This document shows positions 1 to 6,986 of a stretch of DNA of 12,220 nt, piece by piece; position 1 is the stretch's first letter, and each line of letters opens with the position of its first letter. The notes under the pieces were generated by a model. That model was not told where the DNA came from. It saw only the letters and a program-made list of their open reading frames with translations, and searched no databases. Source of the DNA: a virus. Lineage: Duplodnaviria; Heunggongvirae; Uroviricota; Caudoviricetes. The stretch lies in IMG/VR virus record IMGVR_UViG_2693429662_000017; one strand, 5' to 3'. Position numbers and translations under genes: made by a program.

Positions 1-276
1 ATTCGATGTGTTTGCGGGAAAAAAATCGGCCCAGATCCGAGAAATTTTAATCAGCGAGTCAGCTTGGGAAGAAATGACCTGCTTATTCGCACCTTCCCTA
101 AGTCACTTATTCCTCAGGTAATTGTTAATATATCCAGAATGTTCCTCAAAATATATTTTCCCTCTATCTTCTCGTTGCGCTTAATTTGACTAATTCTCAT
201 TAGCGACTAATTTTAATGAGTGTCGACACACAACACTCATATTAATGAAACAATGCAACGCAACGGGAGAAATAAC

Positions 277-456
277 ATGGCCGAACATCGTGGTGGTTCA
301 GGAAATTTCGCCGAAGACCGTGAGAAGGCATCCGACGCAGGCCGTAAAGGCGGTCAGCATAGCGGCGGTAATTTTAAAAATGATCCGCAACGCGCGTCTG
401 AAGCGGGTAAAAAAGGCGGTCAACAAAGCGGTGGTAATAAATCAGGCAAATCCTGA
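277..456 (+). CDS. yciG: YciG, KGG-repeat general stress protein (59 aa)
   Basis: Seen: ORF with repeated KGG/QxSGG motifs; ATG at 277 preceded by GGGAGA 6 nt upstream. The ORF track's longer 220 start has no comparable RBS. Established: the product from 277 (MAEHRGGSGNFAEDREK...) matches E. coli YciG as I recall it. Confidence 0.85.
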   Translation: MAEHRGGSGNFAEDREKASDAGRKGGQHSGGNFKNDPQRASEAGKKGGQQSGGNKSGKS

Positions 457-541
457 TTCACCGTTAATTATTAATATCAGCTGATAAAGATAATTGCATC
501 TGCGGGCCGTATGGCTCGCAGTGATTTCACTGGAGAAAAAT

Positions 542-1042
542 ATGAATATGAAGACCATTGAAGATGTATTTATTCACCTGCTTTCAGATACCTACAGCGC
601 AGAAAAACAATTAACCCGGGCACTGGCAAAACTCGCAAGAGCAACATCAAATGAAAAATTAAGTCAGGCTTTTCATGCGCACCTCGAGGAAACTCATGGA
701 CAGATTGAACGTATTGATCAAGTTGTGGAGTCCGAATCGAACCTGAAAATTAAGCGCATGAAATGTGTGGCAATGGAAGGTCTTATTGAAGAAGCTAATG
801 AGGTCATCGAAAGTACCGAGAAAAACGAAGTGCGTGATGCCGCACTGATTGCCGCAGCACAGAAAGTCGAGCATTATGAGATTGCCAGTTACGGGACATT
901 AGCGACGCTGGCTGAACAATTAGGTTACCGTAAAGCAGCGAAGCTTCTGAAAGAAACCCTGGAAGAAGAAAAGGCCACCGACATCAAACTGACTGATCTG
1001 GCCATTAATAACGTAAATAAGAAAGCCGAAAATAAAGCCTGA
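542..1042 (+). CDS. yciF: YciF, DUF892 ferritin-like stress protein (166 aa)
   Basis: Seen: ATG at 542 (MNMKTIEDVF...) preceded by GGAGA 5 nt upstream; the ORF track start at 494 adds 16 residues without an RBS. Established: matches recalled E. coli YciF and the conserved yciGFE gene order. Confidence 0.88.
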   Translation: MNMKTIEDVFIHLLSDTYSAEKQLTRALAKLARATSNEKLSQAFHAHLEETHGQIERIDQVVESESNLKIKRMKCVAMEGLIEEANEVIESTEKNEVRDAALIAAAQKVEHYEIASYGTLATLAEQLGYRKAAKLLKETLEEEKATDIKLTDLAINNVNKKAENKA

Positions 1043-1087
1043 AATATGAATTTTAACTTTTAGTCATTTTATAAAGAGGACATTTTC

Positions 1088-1594
1088 ATGAATCGTATTG
1101 AACATTATCATGACTGGTTACGTGACGCCCACGCAATGGAAAAGCAAGCCGAATCTATGCTTGAATCCATGGCCAGCCGTATAGATAATTATCCTGAACT
1201 ACGCGCTCGTATTGAACAACATCTTAGTGAAACCAAAAACCAGATTGTTCAACTGGAAACTATTCTTGATCGTAATGACATTTCACGTTCAGTCATTAAA
1301 GATTCCATGAGTAAAATGGCTGCGCTTGGGCAGTCAATCGGTGGTATATTCCCTTCTGATGAAATAGTCAAAGGCTCTATTAGCGGATATGTCTTCGAGC
1401 AATTTGAAATCGCCTGTTACACCTCACTATTAGCAGCAGCAAAAAATGCCGGTGATACAGCTTCAATTCCAACCATCGAAGCGATTTTAAATGAGGAAAA
1501 GCAAATGGCCGACTGGCTGATTCAGAATATTCCGCAAACAACTGAGAAATTTTTAATTCGCTCTGAAACTGATGGCGTAGAAGCGAAGAAATAA
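1088..1594 (+). CDS. yciE: YciE, DUF892 ferritin-like stress protein (168 aa)
   Basis: Seen: 168-aa ORF with AGAGGA RBS 7 nt upstream of the ATG; paralogous in architecture to the preceding gene. Established: matches recalled E. coli YciE; third gene of the yciGFE operon. Confidence 0.9.
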   Translation: MNRIEHYHDWLRDAHAMEKQAESMLESMASRIDNYPELRARIEQHLSETKNQIVQLETILDRNDISRSVIKDSMSKMAALGQSIGGIFPSDEIVKGSISGYVFEQFEIACYTSLLAAAKNAGDTASIPTIEAILNEEKQMADWLIQNIPQTTEKFLIRSETDGVEAKK

Positions 1595-1618
1595 TACCCT
1601 TTATACCATGTCCTTATT

Positions 1619-1647
1619 GACCCCGTATATTACGGGGTCGTTTTTGT
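1619..1647 (+). terminator. Intrinsic terminator downstream of yciE
   Basis: Seen: perfect 9-bp stem GACCCCGTA / TACGGGGTC with a 3-nt loop (1619-1639), followed by GTTTTTGTG. It sits between yciE and the convergent ompW remnant, so it may work in both directions. Confidence 0.6.
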
Positions 1648-1653
1648 GCGGAA

Positions 1654-1770
1654 TTAAAAACGATATCCTGCTGAGAACATAAACACCCACGGATCGAGGC
1701 GTACGCTATCGTGTTGCTGTGCACCGCCCAGCTTATAATTGGCGGTGGTATCGATATCCATGTACCACAC
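1654..1770 (-). pseudogene. ompW: ompW 3'-terminal fragment (last ~38 codons), displaced by prophage integration
   Basis: Seen: the - strand frame reads ...VWYMDIDTTANYKLGGAQQHDSVRLDPWVFMFSAGYRF then stop (stop codon 1654-1656), with an in-frame TGA at 1780-1782 cutting it off upstream and no start codon. Established: this matches the C-terminus of E. coli OmpW as recalled, and ompW lies convergent to yciE in K-12. The ORF-track call 1614..1814 is in a different frame and is not this gene. Confidence 0.55.
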
Positions 1771-2080
1771 TGGTAGGTTTCAAAAAACACAATAACCAAT
1801 TGTATTTGAAGCAAAAAACAAGACTTTGAGATGTTTTTTTGTACCTTTTTTTTATGTTTTTAACTGTCTGATTTTATTGAAATCTTTTTTAGTTTTGCAG
1901 AAGGAATTTTTTACTTGATTGTAACTTTTTCGTTTTTTTGGGGCTAATTGACGCGCAATGCTGGGCGGGGAGCGCACAGCCAAAAAAACCGAAATTGACC
2001 GCTAATTACTGCCAATCATCATCGCTCTGATTGAGCGTAAATCATTCAGGTTATTCAGTTCTTCCTTCTGCTCTCGCTGA
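1771..2080. other. AT-rich non-coding region at the prophage end, candidate attR arm
   Basis: Seen: ~300 bp with no credible ORF, multiple T/A tracts and an 8-bp A/T palindrome around 1812-1838 (AAAAAACA...TGTTTTTT). Inference: its position between the truncated ompW end and the phage cargo is where integrase arm and IHF sites would be. The exact core cannot be fixed without the other prophage end. Confidence 0.3.
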
Positions 2081-2082
2081 CG

Positions 2083-2253
2083 TCAATAAATCCCATCATT
2101 GCGATCAACCTCATCCTTAACCATTGATGCGAGCAGTTCTTCCAGTTTCTGCGCTGATAGCTTTACCTGGTGATCTTCAGCATCTTCCCGGGCTATTGTG
2201 GTTCGCGCAGTGGCTGATTTTGCTGACATCACCACAGGGGGCAGACGGACCAT
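2083..2253 (-). CDS. Hypothetical small acidic protein (56 aa from ATG 2253; 48 aa if ATG 2229)
   Basis: Seen: ORF MVRLPPVVMSAKSATARTTIAREDAEDHQVKLSAQKLEELLASMVKDEVDRNDGIY, with GGAGG 10 nt upstream of the ATG at 2253. The ORF track's longer 2364 start would read through the repeat hairpin and is unlikely. No recognisable family; coding status uncertain. Confidence 0.3.
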   Translation of the reverse strand: MVRLPPVVMSAKSATARTTIAREDAEDHQVKLSAQKLEELLASMVKDEVDRNDGIY

Positions 2254-2317
2254 TGAACCATGGCCTCCGGAACAAATAAGGGCAAAAATAACAACCACTA
2301 TCGAAAGCTCACAAACT

Positions 2318-2533
2318 AACCGCAGCACGTTCCTGCATACGACGTGTCTGCGGCATAATCCCAATGATTACTCCCTGACAGGATTTGCAGGCCACTCAAT
2401 ATCAGGTGCAGTTGATGTATCAACACGATTCAACAATACCCGATATTTATTCCATGCCTCCAGCAACGATCTTTCTTCCTCCGTTGCGATTTCCAGATCT
2501 ACAGCATCCTGCAGTGGCGCAATATACTCACTG
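2318..2533. repeat. Direct repeat copy B (~215 bp, ~90% identical to 3368-3583): tfa 3' end plus downstream hairpin
   Basis: Seen: by-eye alignment of 2318-2533 with 3368-3583, including the hairpin CCGCAGCACGT...ACGTG(T)CTGCGG at 2320-2353 and the shared CATAATCCCAATGATTACTCCCTGACAGG block. Similarity is lost on both sides. Confidence 0.65.
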
Positions 2534-2637
2534 AATTCCTGGATGTAGAACTGTGTGGTGACGGTCTTCCAGCCATTCGGCTCCTGCTGTATCGAAGCAT
2601 ACCAGGCTATTTCAATATCGCTATGCTGCGGCAGCAT
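2368..2637 (-). CDS. tfa: Short tail fibre assembly-like protein (89 aa): unique 38-aa N-terminus fused to the conserved Tfa C-terminal ~51 aa
   Basis: Seen: ATG at 2637 with AGGGG 4 nt upstream and an in-frame TAA immediately before it. The C-terminal [51 protein letters not shown] is about 90% identical to the C-terminus of the full tfa at 3417-4001. Could be a functional short chaperone or a recombination remnant. Confidence 0.5.
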   Translation of the reverse strand: MLPQHSDIEIAWYASIQQEPNGWKTVTTQFYIQEFSEYIAPLQDAVDLEIATEEERSLLEAWNKYRVLLNRVDTSTAPDIEWPANPVRE

Positions 2638-2645
2638 TTAACCCC

Positions 2646-2674
2646 TTGTAATTCATCGCCATAATTGATTTAAT
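2646..2674 (+). promoter_or_regulatory. Candidate sigma70 promoter for the methyltransferase gene
   Basis: Seen: TTGTAA (2646-2651), 17-bp spacer, TTTAAT (2669-2674), about 20 bp upstream of the ORF. Inference only; the -35 overlaps the RBS of the divergent tfa-like ORF. Confidence 0.25.
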
Positions 2675-2693
2675 TCACAAACAAAACTATAAC

Positions 2694-3362
2694 ATGGTGA
2701 AATCAATGAAAAAAAACACAGATGATGGGGCTAAAATTTACACACCACTTACCCTAAAGCTTTATGACTGGTGGGTTTTGGGAGTATCAAATCGGCTTGC
2801 ATGGGGATGTCCTACAAAGGAACACCTTCTTCCACACTTTCTGGAACATGTAGGTAACAACCATCTGGATATTGGTGTTGGAACTGGGTTTTACCTTACT
2901 CACGTACCTGAGAGTAGTCTGATATCTTTAATGGATTTGAACAAAGCTAGCCTGAACGCGGCATCTACAAGGGCTGGGGAATCAAAAATTAAACATAAAA
3001 TTAGCCATGATGTTTTTGAACCTTATCCCGCGGCGTTACATGGTCAATTTGATTCCATTTCCATGTTTTACCTTCTTCACTGCCTGCCTGGAAATATATC
3101 TACAAAAAGCTGTGTAATACGCAATGCGGCGCAGGCCTTAACTGACGATGGAACTCTATACGGAGCCACAATTCTTGGCGATGGAGTTGTGCACAATAGC
3201 TTCGGTCAAAAACTGATGCGCATTTACAATCAGAAAGGCATCTTTTCAAACACAAAAGATTCCGAAGAAGGCTTAACACATATACTCTCAGAGCATTTCG
3301 AGAATGTTAAAACCAAGGTTCAAGGTACTGTAGTAATGTTTTCCGCTTCAGGGAAAAAATAG
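2694..3362 (+). CDS. Class I SAM-dependent methyltransferase, substrate unknown (222 aa; alternative start ATG 2706 gives 218 aa)
   Basis: Seen: Rossmann motif I LDIGVGTG at residues 58-65 (nt 2865-2888), acidic beta2 end LISLMDLN (D81), and FDSISMFYLLHCLPG as a motif II/III-like strand. The ORF looks AT-rich by eye compared with the flanking tail genes and is convergent with tfa. GGTGA sits 5 nt upstream of the second ATG at 2706. No (D/N)PP(Y/F) or PC motif, so not an obvious DNA methyltransferase. Confidence 0.7.
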   Translation: MVKSMKKNTDDGAKIYTPLTLKLYDWWVLGVSNRLAWGCPTKEHLLPHFLEHVGNNHLDIGVGTGFYLTHVPESSLISLMDLNKASLNAASTRAGESKIKHKISHDVFEPYPAALHGQFDSISMFYLLHCLPGNISTKSCVIRNAAQALTDDGTLYGATILGDGVVHNSFGQKLMRIYNQKGIFSNTKDSEEGLTHILSEHFENVKTKVQGTVVMFSASGKK

Positions 3363-3367
3363 CATCC

Positions 3368-3583
3368 AACCGCAGCACGTTCTTGCTTAAGACGTGCTGC
3401 GGCATAATCCCAATGATTACTCCCTGACAGGGTTCGTAGGCCACTCAATATCAGGTGCAGTTGATGTATCAACACGGTTCAGCAACACCCGATACTTTTT
3501 CCAGGCTTCCAGCAATGAGGTTTCTTCCTCCGTTGCAATTTCCAGATCTGCAGCATCCTGAAGCGGCGCAATATGCTCACTGG
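3368..3583. repeat. Direct repeat copy A (~215 bp): 3' end of the full-length tfa plus downstream hairpin
   Basis: Seen: aligns with 2318-2533 at about 90% identity. Together the two copies bracket an ~0.85 kb segment carrying the methyltransferase gene. Confidence 0.65.
3370..3402 (-). terminator. Hairpin between the convergent methyltransferase and tfa genes (probable tfa terminator, possibly bidirectional)
   Basis: Seen: perfect 11-bp stem CCGCAGCACGT / ACGTGCTGCGG with an 11-nt loop. On the - strand it is followed 8 nt later by TATTTTTT; on the + strand it lies 8 nt after the methyltransferase stop with no U-run. Confidence 0.45.
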
Positions 3584-4001
3584 CTACCTGCATCAGGTTG
3601 TTTTTTGTTTCTTCCGCCTCCCGGATCCGGAACATTTTTTCTGCTTCCGTATCCTTCACCCAGGCTGTGCCGTTCCACTTCTGAAACTCCCCTTCCGGCG
3701 ATAACCAGGTAACATTTTCCGGTAACGGACCGAGTTCAGAAATAAATAACTCGTCCCCTGACGCTACGTCATAAACCGTTTTACCCCGATGGTCTTCAAC
3801 GAGATGCCACGATGCCTCATCACTGTTGAAAACAGCCACAAAGCCAGCAGGAATATCTGGTGGTGCAATATCGGTACTGTTTGCTGGCAGACCTGTATGA
3901 GGCGGAATATATGCGTCACCTTCACCAATAAATTCATTAGTTCCGGCCAGCAGATTATAAATTTTTATGGTCCGTGCTTGTTCACTCATTCTGAATGCCA
4001 T
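3417..4001 (-). CDS. tfa: Tail fibre assembly protein Tfa (194 aa)
   Basis: Seen: ATG at 4001 overlaps the stf stop by 1 nt (TAATG), implying translational coupling. Established: the product ([24 protein letters not shown]...) is near-identical to lambda Tfa as recalled. Confidence 0.9.
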   Translation of the reverse strand: MAFRMSEQARTIKIYNLLAGTNEFIGEGDAYIPPHTGLPANSTDIAPPDIPAGFVAVFNSDEASWHLVEDHRGKTVYDVASGDELFISELGPLPENVTWLSPEGEFQKWNGTAWVKDTEAEKMFRIREAEETKNNLMQVASEHIAPLQDAADLEIATEEETSLLEAWKKYRVLLNRVDTSTAPDIEWPTNPVRE

Positions 4002-6835
4002 TATGCAAGCCTCACAATATAGTTAAATGCGATGTTTTTGACGGTGTTTTCCGCGTTACCAGCAGCGTTAACGGTGATGGTGTGTCCATGTGAACCAATC
4101 GCAACGGAGTGCGTATGCGCACCAATACCTACAGTATGTGCATGTGCGCCAGAACTTGCTGCAGTACCAGACAGCGAGTGGGTATGAGCACCTGCTGACT
4201 GTGTCTGAATACGTTGATAATACGATCTACGGGAAGAAGTCTCCGGGCTTACTTGATACTGTGAATCCTGGACATAAGTGAACCCACCGCCATCATAAAA
4301 TGCTAACGCAGAACCGCCGCCTCCTGGCCAACGAATACCATTACCATGAGTATGATCACCGGCAGCCCCCGTAGAGCCACTCAGACTGTGCGTATGCGCC
4401 CCGGTGTTATTCGTGGATTTGGTTCCGTAATCAAACGACGATGTGTTTTTCGTCCCCAAATCCGTACTGGATGCGCTGGCGCTGTGGGTGTGCGATTTAA
4501 TGCCGTCCTGTTCCTGAGACAATACGGCACGACCACTGGCGGGTTTGCCCTTAATCGTCCAGCCACGCATATCAGGGATCACGCCTGACGGATAAGCGGC
4601 TGCAAGTTTCGGGTATGCAGATTTGTCAAAAGTCTGCCCCTGCATCAGGGCATAACCAGACGGAACGGTATCTGATGGCCACGGGATTGGTGCGCCGACT
4701 GGGTAGCTTTCTGGTGGAAGATTTTTCGAGGTATAAACTTCTGCCCAGTCTTCCTCAAAACCATAACCGTCTCTTGAAGAACGGTAGAACAGACCACCAT
4801 TTCTGTAATGCGCCTTCATCTGCAAGGTCCGGCAACTTCCGACTCCGGTATAGAAGTTAACCAGAATATAGCTGTCGCCAGAGCGGGTGACATTGTAAGC
4901 GCCTGATTCGGCATTCCAGGGAACGGCTCCATCCGAATCCGCATAAGCCCCCGTCGAACGTCGGGCAAATGCACCAATATTTTCCGGCGTGAGGTTAATA
5001 TCCGCCGAGCCATCAAACTTAACACCGTTAATTTTTGGGTCTGCCGCAAGTTTCGTCGCGGTATCGGCGTTCCCCTTCAGTGCCCCGGTGATCCCATCAG
5101 TAACAGACAACGGACCTGAAATAGTCCCTCCAGTTGTTGGCAGCGCTCCAATATCTGATGGTGTAGGTTTCTGATGTGAGCTATACATCGTATAAACAAC
5201 ACCATCGGTAACGCTGGAAGGCTTACTCGCTGAATATGTTAGCGAGGTATAAATAGAAACTGACGCATTTGTAGTACAATCCCAATGGATATTTACACTC
5301 GTCGCATAATTGCCAATCTCAACGTAAATATCATATATATCGCCGGATGTGTTGATCCAGGCGAAATTCGTTAATCCGACGGCTGTACGCTTCCACAAAG
5401 CTCCGGTAATCCCTTTGGGGTTTCCATTGCCTGCTCGTAGAACCAGTTCAGATATACCTGCCTGTTGAGGTGCCCCCACGTTAAATCCAGCGCCACCAAT
5501 CAATGCGATGTAAACGATGGAACTCGCTTGTGGCATGGTAACCGTTGCCAGTTTGAACCACCCTGCCCCGCCAGAGAAAGAGATCGTTACTGAATTTAAA
5601 GTGCCAATATCTTTCGGTGTTAATGTTATATCCGCAGTCAGTGCTTTCCCGTTAACTTTTCGGTTAGATGGTACCCTGCCATTCGCATTGTCATTCGCTG
5701 CTTTAACTGCCTTCGGTGTCGCGGCAAGCGTTTCAGATGTGCTGTTGGTTGCACTGCTGAGCTGTACTATCCCCTTTTTCGTCGTGCTCGCATCCTCAAG
5801 CGCCACGGCGGATGCAATATCCTCTGCCCGTTTTGCCGCTGTCTCGGCGCGCGTTGCCGCGGATTCCGCCGTACTTTTGCTCTGAGCTGCCGCCGTCGCA
5901 CTGCCAGCTGCCTCTGTCGCCTTCGTGGATGCCGTCGTGGCGCTGCCCTTTGCTGCTGACGCCTGTCTGGTCGCCTCATCTTTTGAAGCAGACGCAGATG
6001 ATGCCGATGACGCCGCCGAACTGGCGGACGATGCGGCAGCCGTTTTTGAGGATTCTGCGCTGGTTTCCGAGGCTTTCGCGTTCGTTTCGGATGTCTTCGC
6101 TGCCTCTTTTGAGGCCGCCGCATCCCGTGCTGAAGTGGCTGCTTCTGACGCTTTCGTGGTCGCGGTGGATGCAGAAGTGGCTGCTGATTGTTGTGACGCA
6201 GCCGCATTCGTTTCTGACGTTTTCGCCGCACCGGCACTGGTAGCCACCGCGCTTTTTGAGGACTCTGCAGCGGCAGCACTTTTTGATGCTTCAGTAGCCT
6301 TTGTTGATGCCGTTCCTGCGCTGGAAGACGCTGACTGAGCCGACGTCGCGGCCTGCCCGGCTGATGTGCTGGCTGCACGTGCTGAGCCTGCAGCATCAGT
6401 CGCATGGGTTGCCGCCTCACTGGCAGATATGCTGGCATCGCTGGCTGACTTCTTCGCGGCTGCCGTGTTCTGTGCAACCGCGGAGGCGTTACGTGACACC
6501 TCTTCTACCATCTGCTCAAAGCGGCGCAGTGCCTCCGGTCGGACATCATCCTCCGTCATGGCACCGAGAAAATCATTCAGCGTACCTGGTCTGGAACCTT
6601 CATAGACGATAATGGTCCCGGCATGTGAAGGCGGAAAACCTTCAACCAGCAGGGTGACGCTGTACTGACCATGCTCAACATCCATGCTGTAACGTCCGGC
6701 TTCATCCGGATTTTCAGAGGCCACCGTGTTCACCACCACCGTGCTGCTGGTTCGTCTGGCCTTCAGCACAATGGTGCAGTTCTGTACTGGTTTTCCTGTG
6801 CCATCTTTAAGCACGCCAGAAATTTTTACTGTCAT
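4001..6835 (-). CDS. stf: Side tail fibre protein Stf (944 aa), mosaic
   Basis: Seen: GGTGGA RBS 5 nt upstream of the ATG at 6835; Ala/Ser/Thr-rich low-complexity region at residues ~120-345; C-terminal His-x-His repeats ([24 protein letters not shown]). Established: N-terminal ~120 aa and C-terminal ~230 aa match lambda Stf as recalled, and His-x-His repeats are a fibre-tip feature. Inference: the central ~330 aa differ from lambda. Confidence 0.9.
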   Translation of the reverse strand: MTVKISGVLKDGTGKPVQNCTIVLKARRTSSTVVVNTVASENPDEAGRYSMDVEHGQYSVTLLVEGFPPSHAGTIIVYEGSRPGTLNDFLGAMTEDDVRPEALRRFEQMVEEVSRNASAVAQNTAAAKKSASDASISASEAATHATDAAGSARAASTSAGQAATSAQSASSSAGTASTKATEASKSAAAAESSKSAVATSAGAAKTSETNAAASQQSAATSASTATTKASEAATSARDAAASKEAAKTSETNAKASETSAESSKTAAASSASSAASSASSASASKDEATRQASAAKGSATTASTKATEAAGSATAAAQSKSTAESAATRAETAAKRAEDIASAVALEDASTTKKGIVQLSSATNSTSETLAATPKAVKAANDNANGRVPSNRKVNGKALTADITLTPKDIGTLNSVTISFSGGAGWFKLATVTMPQASSIVYIALIGGAGFNVGAPQQAGISELVLRAGNGNPKGITGALWKRTAVGLTNFAWINTSGDIYDIYVEIGNYATSVNIHWDCTTNASVSIYTSLTYSASKPSSVTDGVVYTMYSSHQKPTPSDIGALPTTGGTISGPLSVTDGITGALKGNADTATKLAADPKINGVKFDGSADINLTPENIGAFARRSTGAYADSDGAVPWNAESGAYNVTRSGDSYILVNFYTGVGSCRTLQMKAHYRNGGLFYRSSRDGYGFEEDWAEVYTSKNLPPESYPVGAPIPWPSDTVPSGYALMQGQTFDKSAYPKLAAAYPSGVIPDMRGWTIKGKPASGRAVLSQEQDGIKSHTHSASASSTDLGTKNTSSFDYGTKSTNNTGAHTHSLSGSTGAAGDHTHGNGIRWPGGGGSALAFYDGGGFTYVQDSQYQVSPETSSRRSYYQRIQTQSAGAHTHSLSGTAASSGAHAHTVGIGAHTHSVAIGSHGHTITVNAAGNAENTVKNIAFNYIVRLA

Positions 6836-6848
6836 ACTTTTCCACCAA

Positions 6849-6882
6849 TAAAAAAAGCCCGCAGCAGTGACGCCACGGGCTT
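6849..6882 (-). terminator. Intrinsic terminator downstream of lom
   Basis: Seen: on the - strand, stem AAGCCCG...CGGGCTT followed directly by TTTTTTTATT, about 100 nt after the lom stop and just upstream of the stf RBS. Confidence 0.55.
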
Positions 6883-6986
6883 CAGGACAGTGTAACTTTA
6901 CGTTTCCTCAAACGCAGTTCACCCCATAAGGTGGATGAACCTGCGTATCATAACAATATTTACAGAAGATAAATCGGCGTCTGTTG

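Noticed and set aside
1-187. Open frame entering from the left window edge on the + strand (no stop until 185-187)
   Set aside because: The translation is not protein-like and does not resemble the TrpA C-terminus expected upstream of yciG. It is more likely the non-coding region containing the yciG promoter. A candidate -35 TTGACT at 186-191 had no convincing -10, so no promoter is reported.
220-276. N-terminal extensions of yciG (start 220) and yciF (start 494) in the ORF track
   Set aside because: No RBS at these starts. The internal ATGs at 277 and 542 have good Shine-Dalgarno sequences and give the recalled protein lengths of 59 and 166 aa.
1614-1814. 66-aa - strand ORF from the track
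   Set aside because: It runs through the yciE terminator and is in a different frame from the OmpW C-terminus, which is encoded by 1654-1770. It is an artefact of the ompW remnant.
2198-2548. 116-aa + strand ORF overlapping the small ORF and the short tfa-like ORF
   Set aside because: It is antisense to the conserved tfa C-terminal repeat and hairpin and has no RBS. The Tfa-homologous frame on the - strand is the supported one.
2694-3362. DNA methyltransferase of a restriction-modification system, or an NleE-like effector
   Set aside because: No (D/N)PP(Y/F/W) or PC catalytic motif, no target-recognition domain and no adjacent restriction gene. No similarity to NleE as far as I can recall its sequence. 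Kept as a methyltransferase of unknown substrate.
2318-3583. Invertible tail-fibre segment (Mu G, P1 C or e14 P type) suggested by two tfa copies
   Set aside because: The two tfa 3' ends are in direct, not inverted, orientation. No alternative stf C-terminus and no pin/gin-type invertase gene are present in the window.
3455-4022. + strand ORFs 3455..3712 and 3789..4022
   Set aside because: Antisense to the full-length tfa gene; no independent support.
5767-6477. 236-aa Arg/Pro/Gln-rich - strand ORF, plus + strand ORFs 5812..6243 and 5925..6338
   Set aside because: All lie within the low-complexity Ala/Ser-rich region of stf in alternative frames. Their extreme composition is characteristic of out-of-frame translation of repetitive GC-rich DNA.
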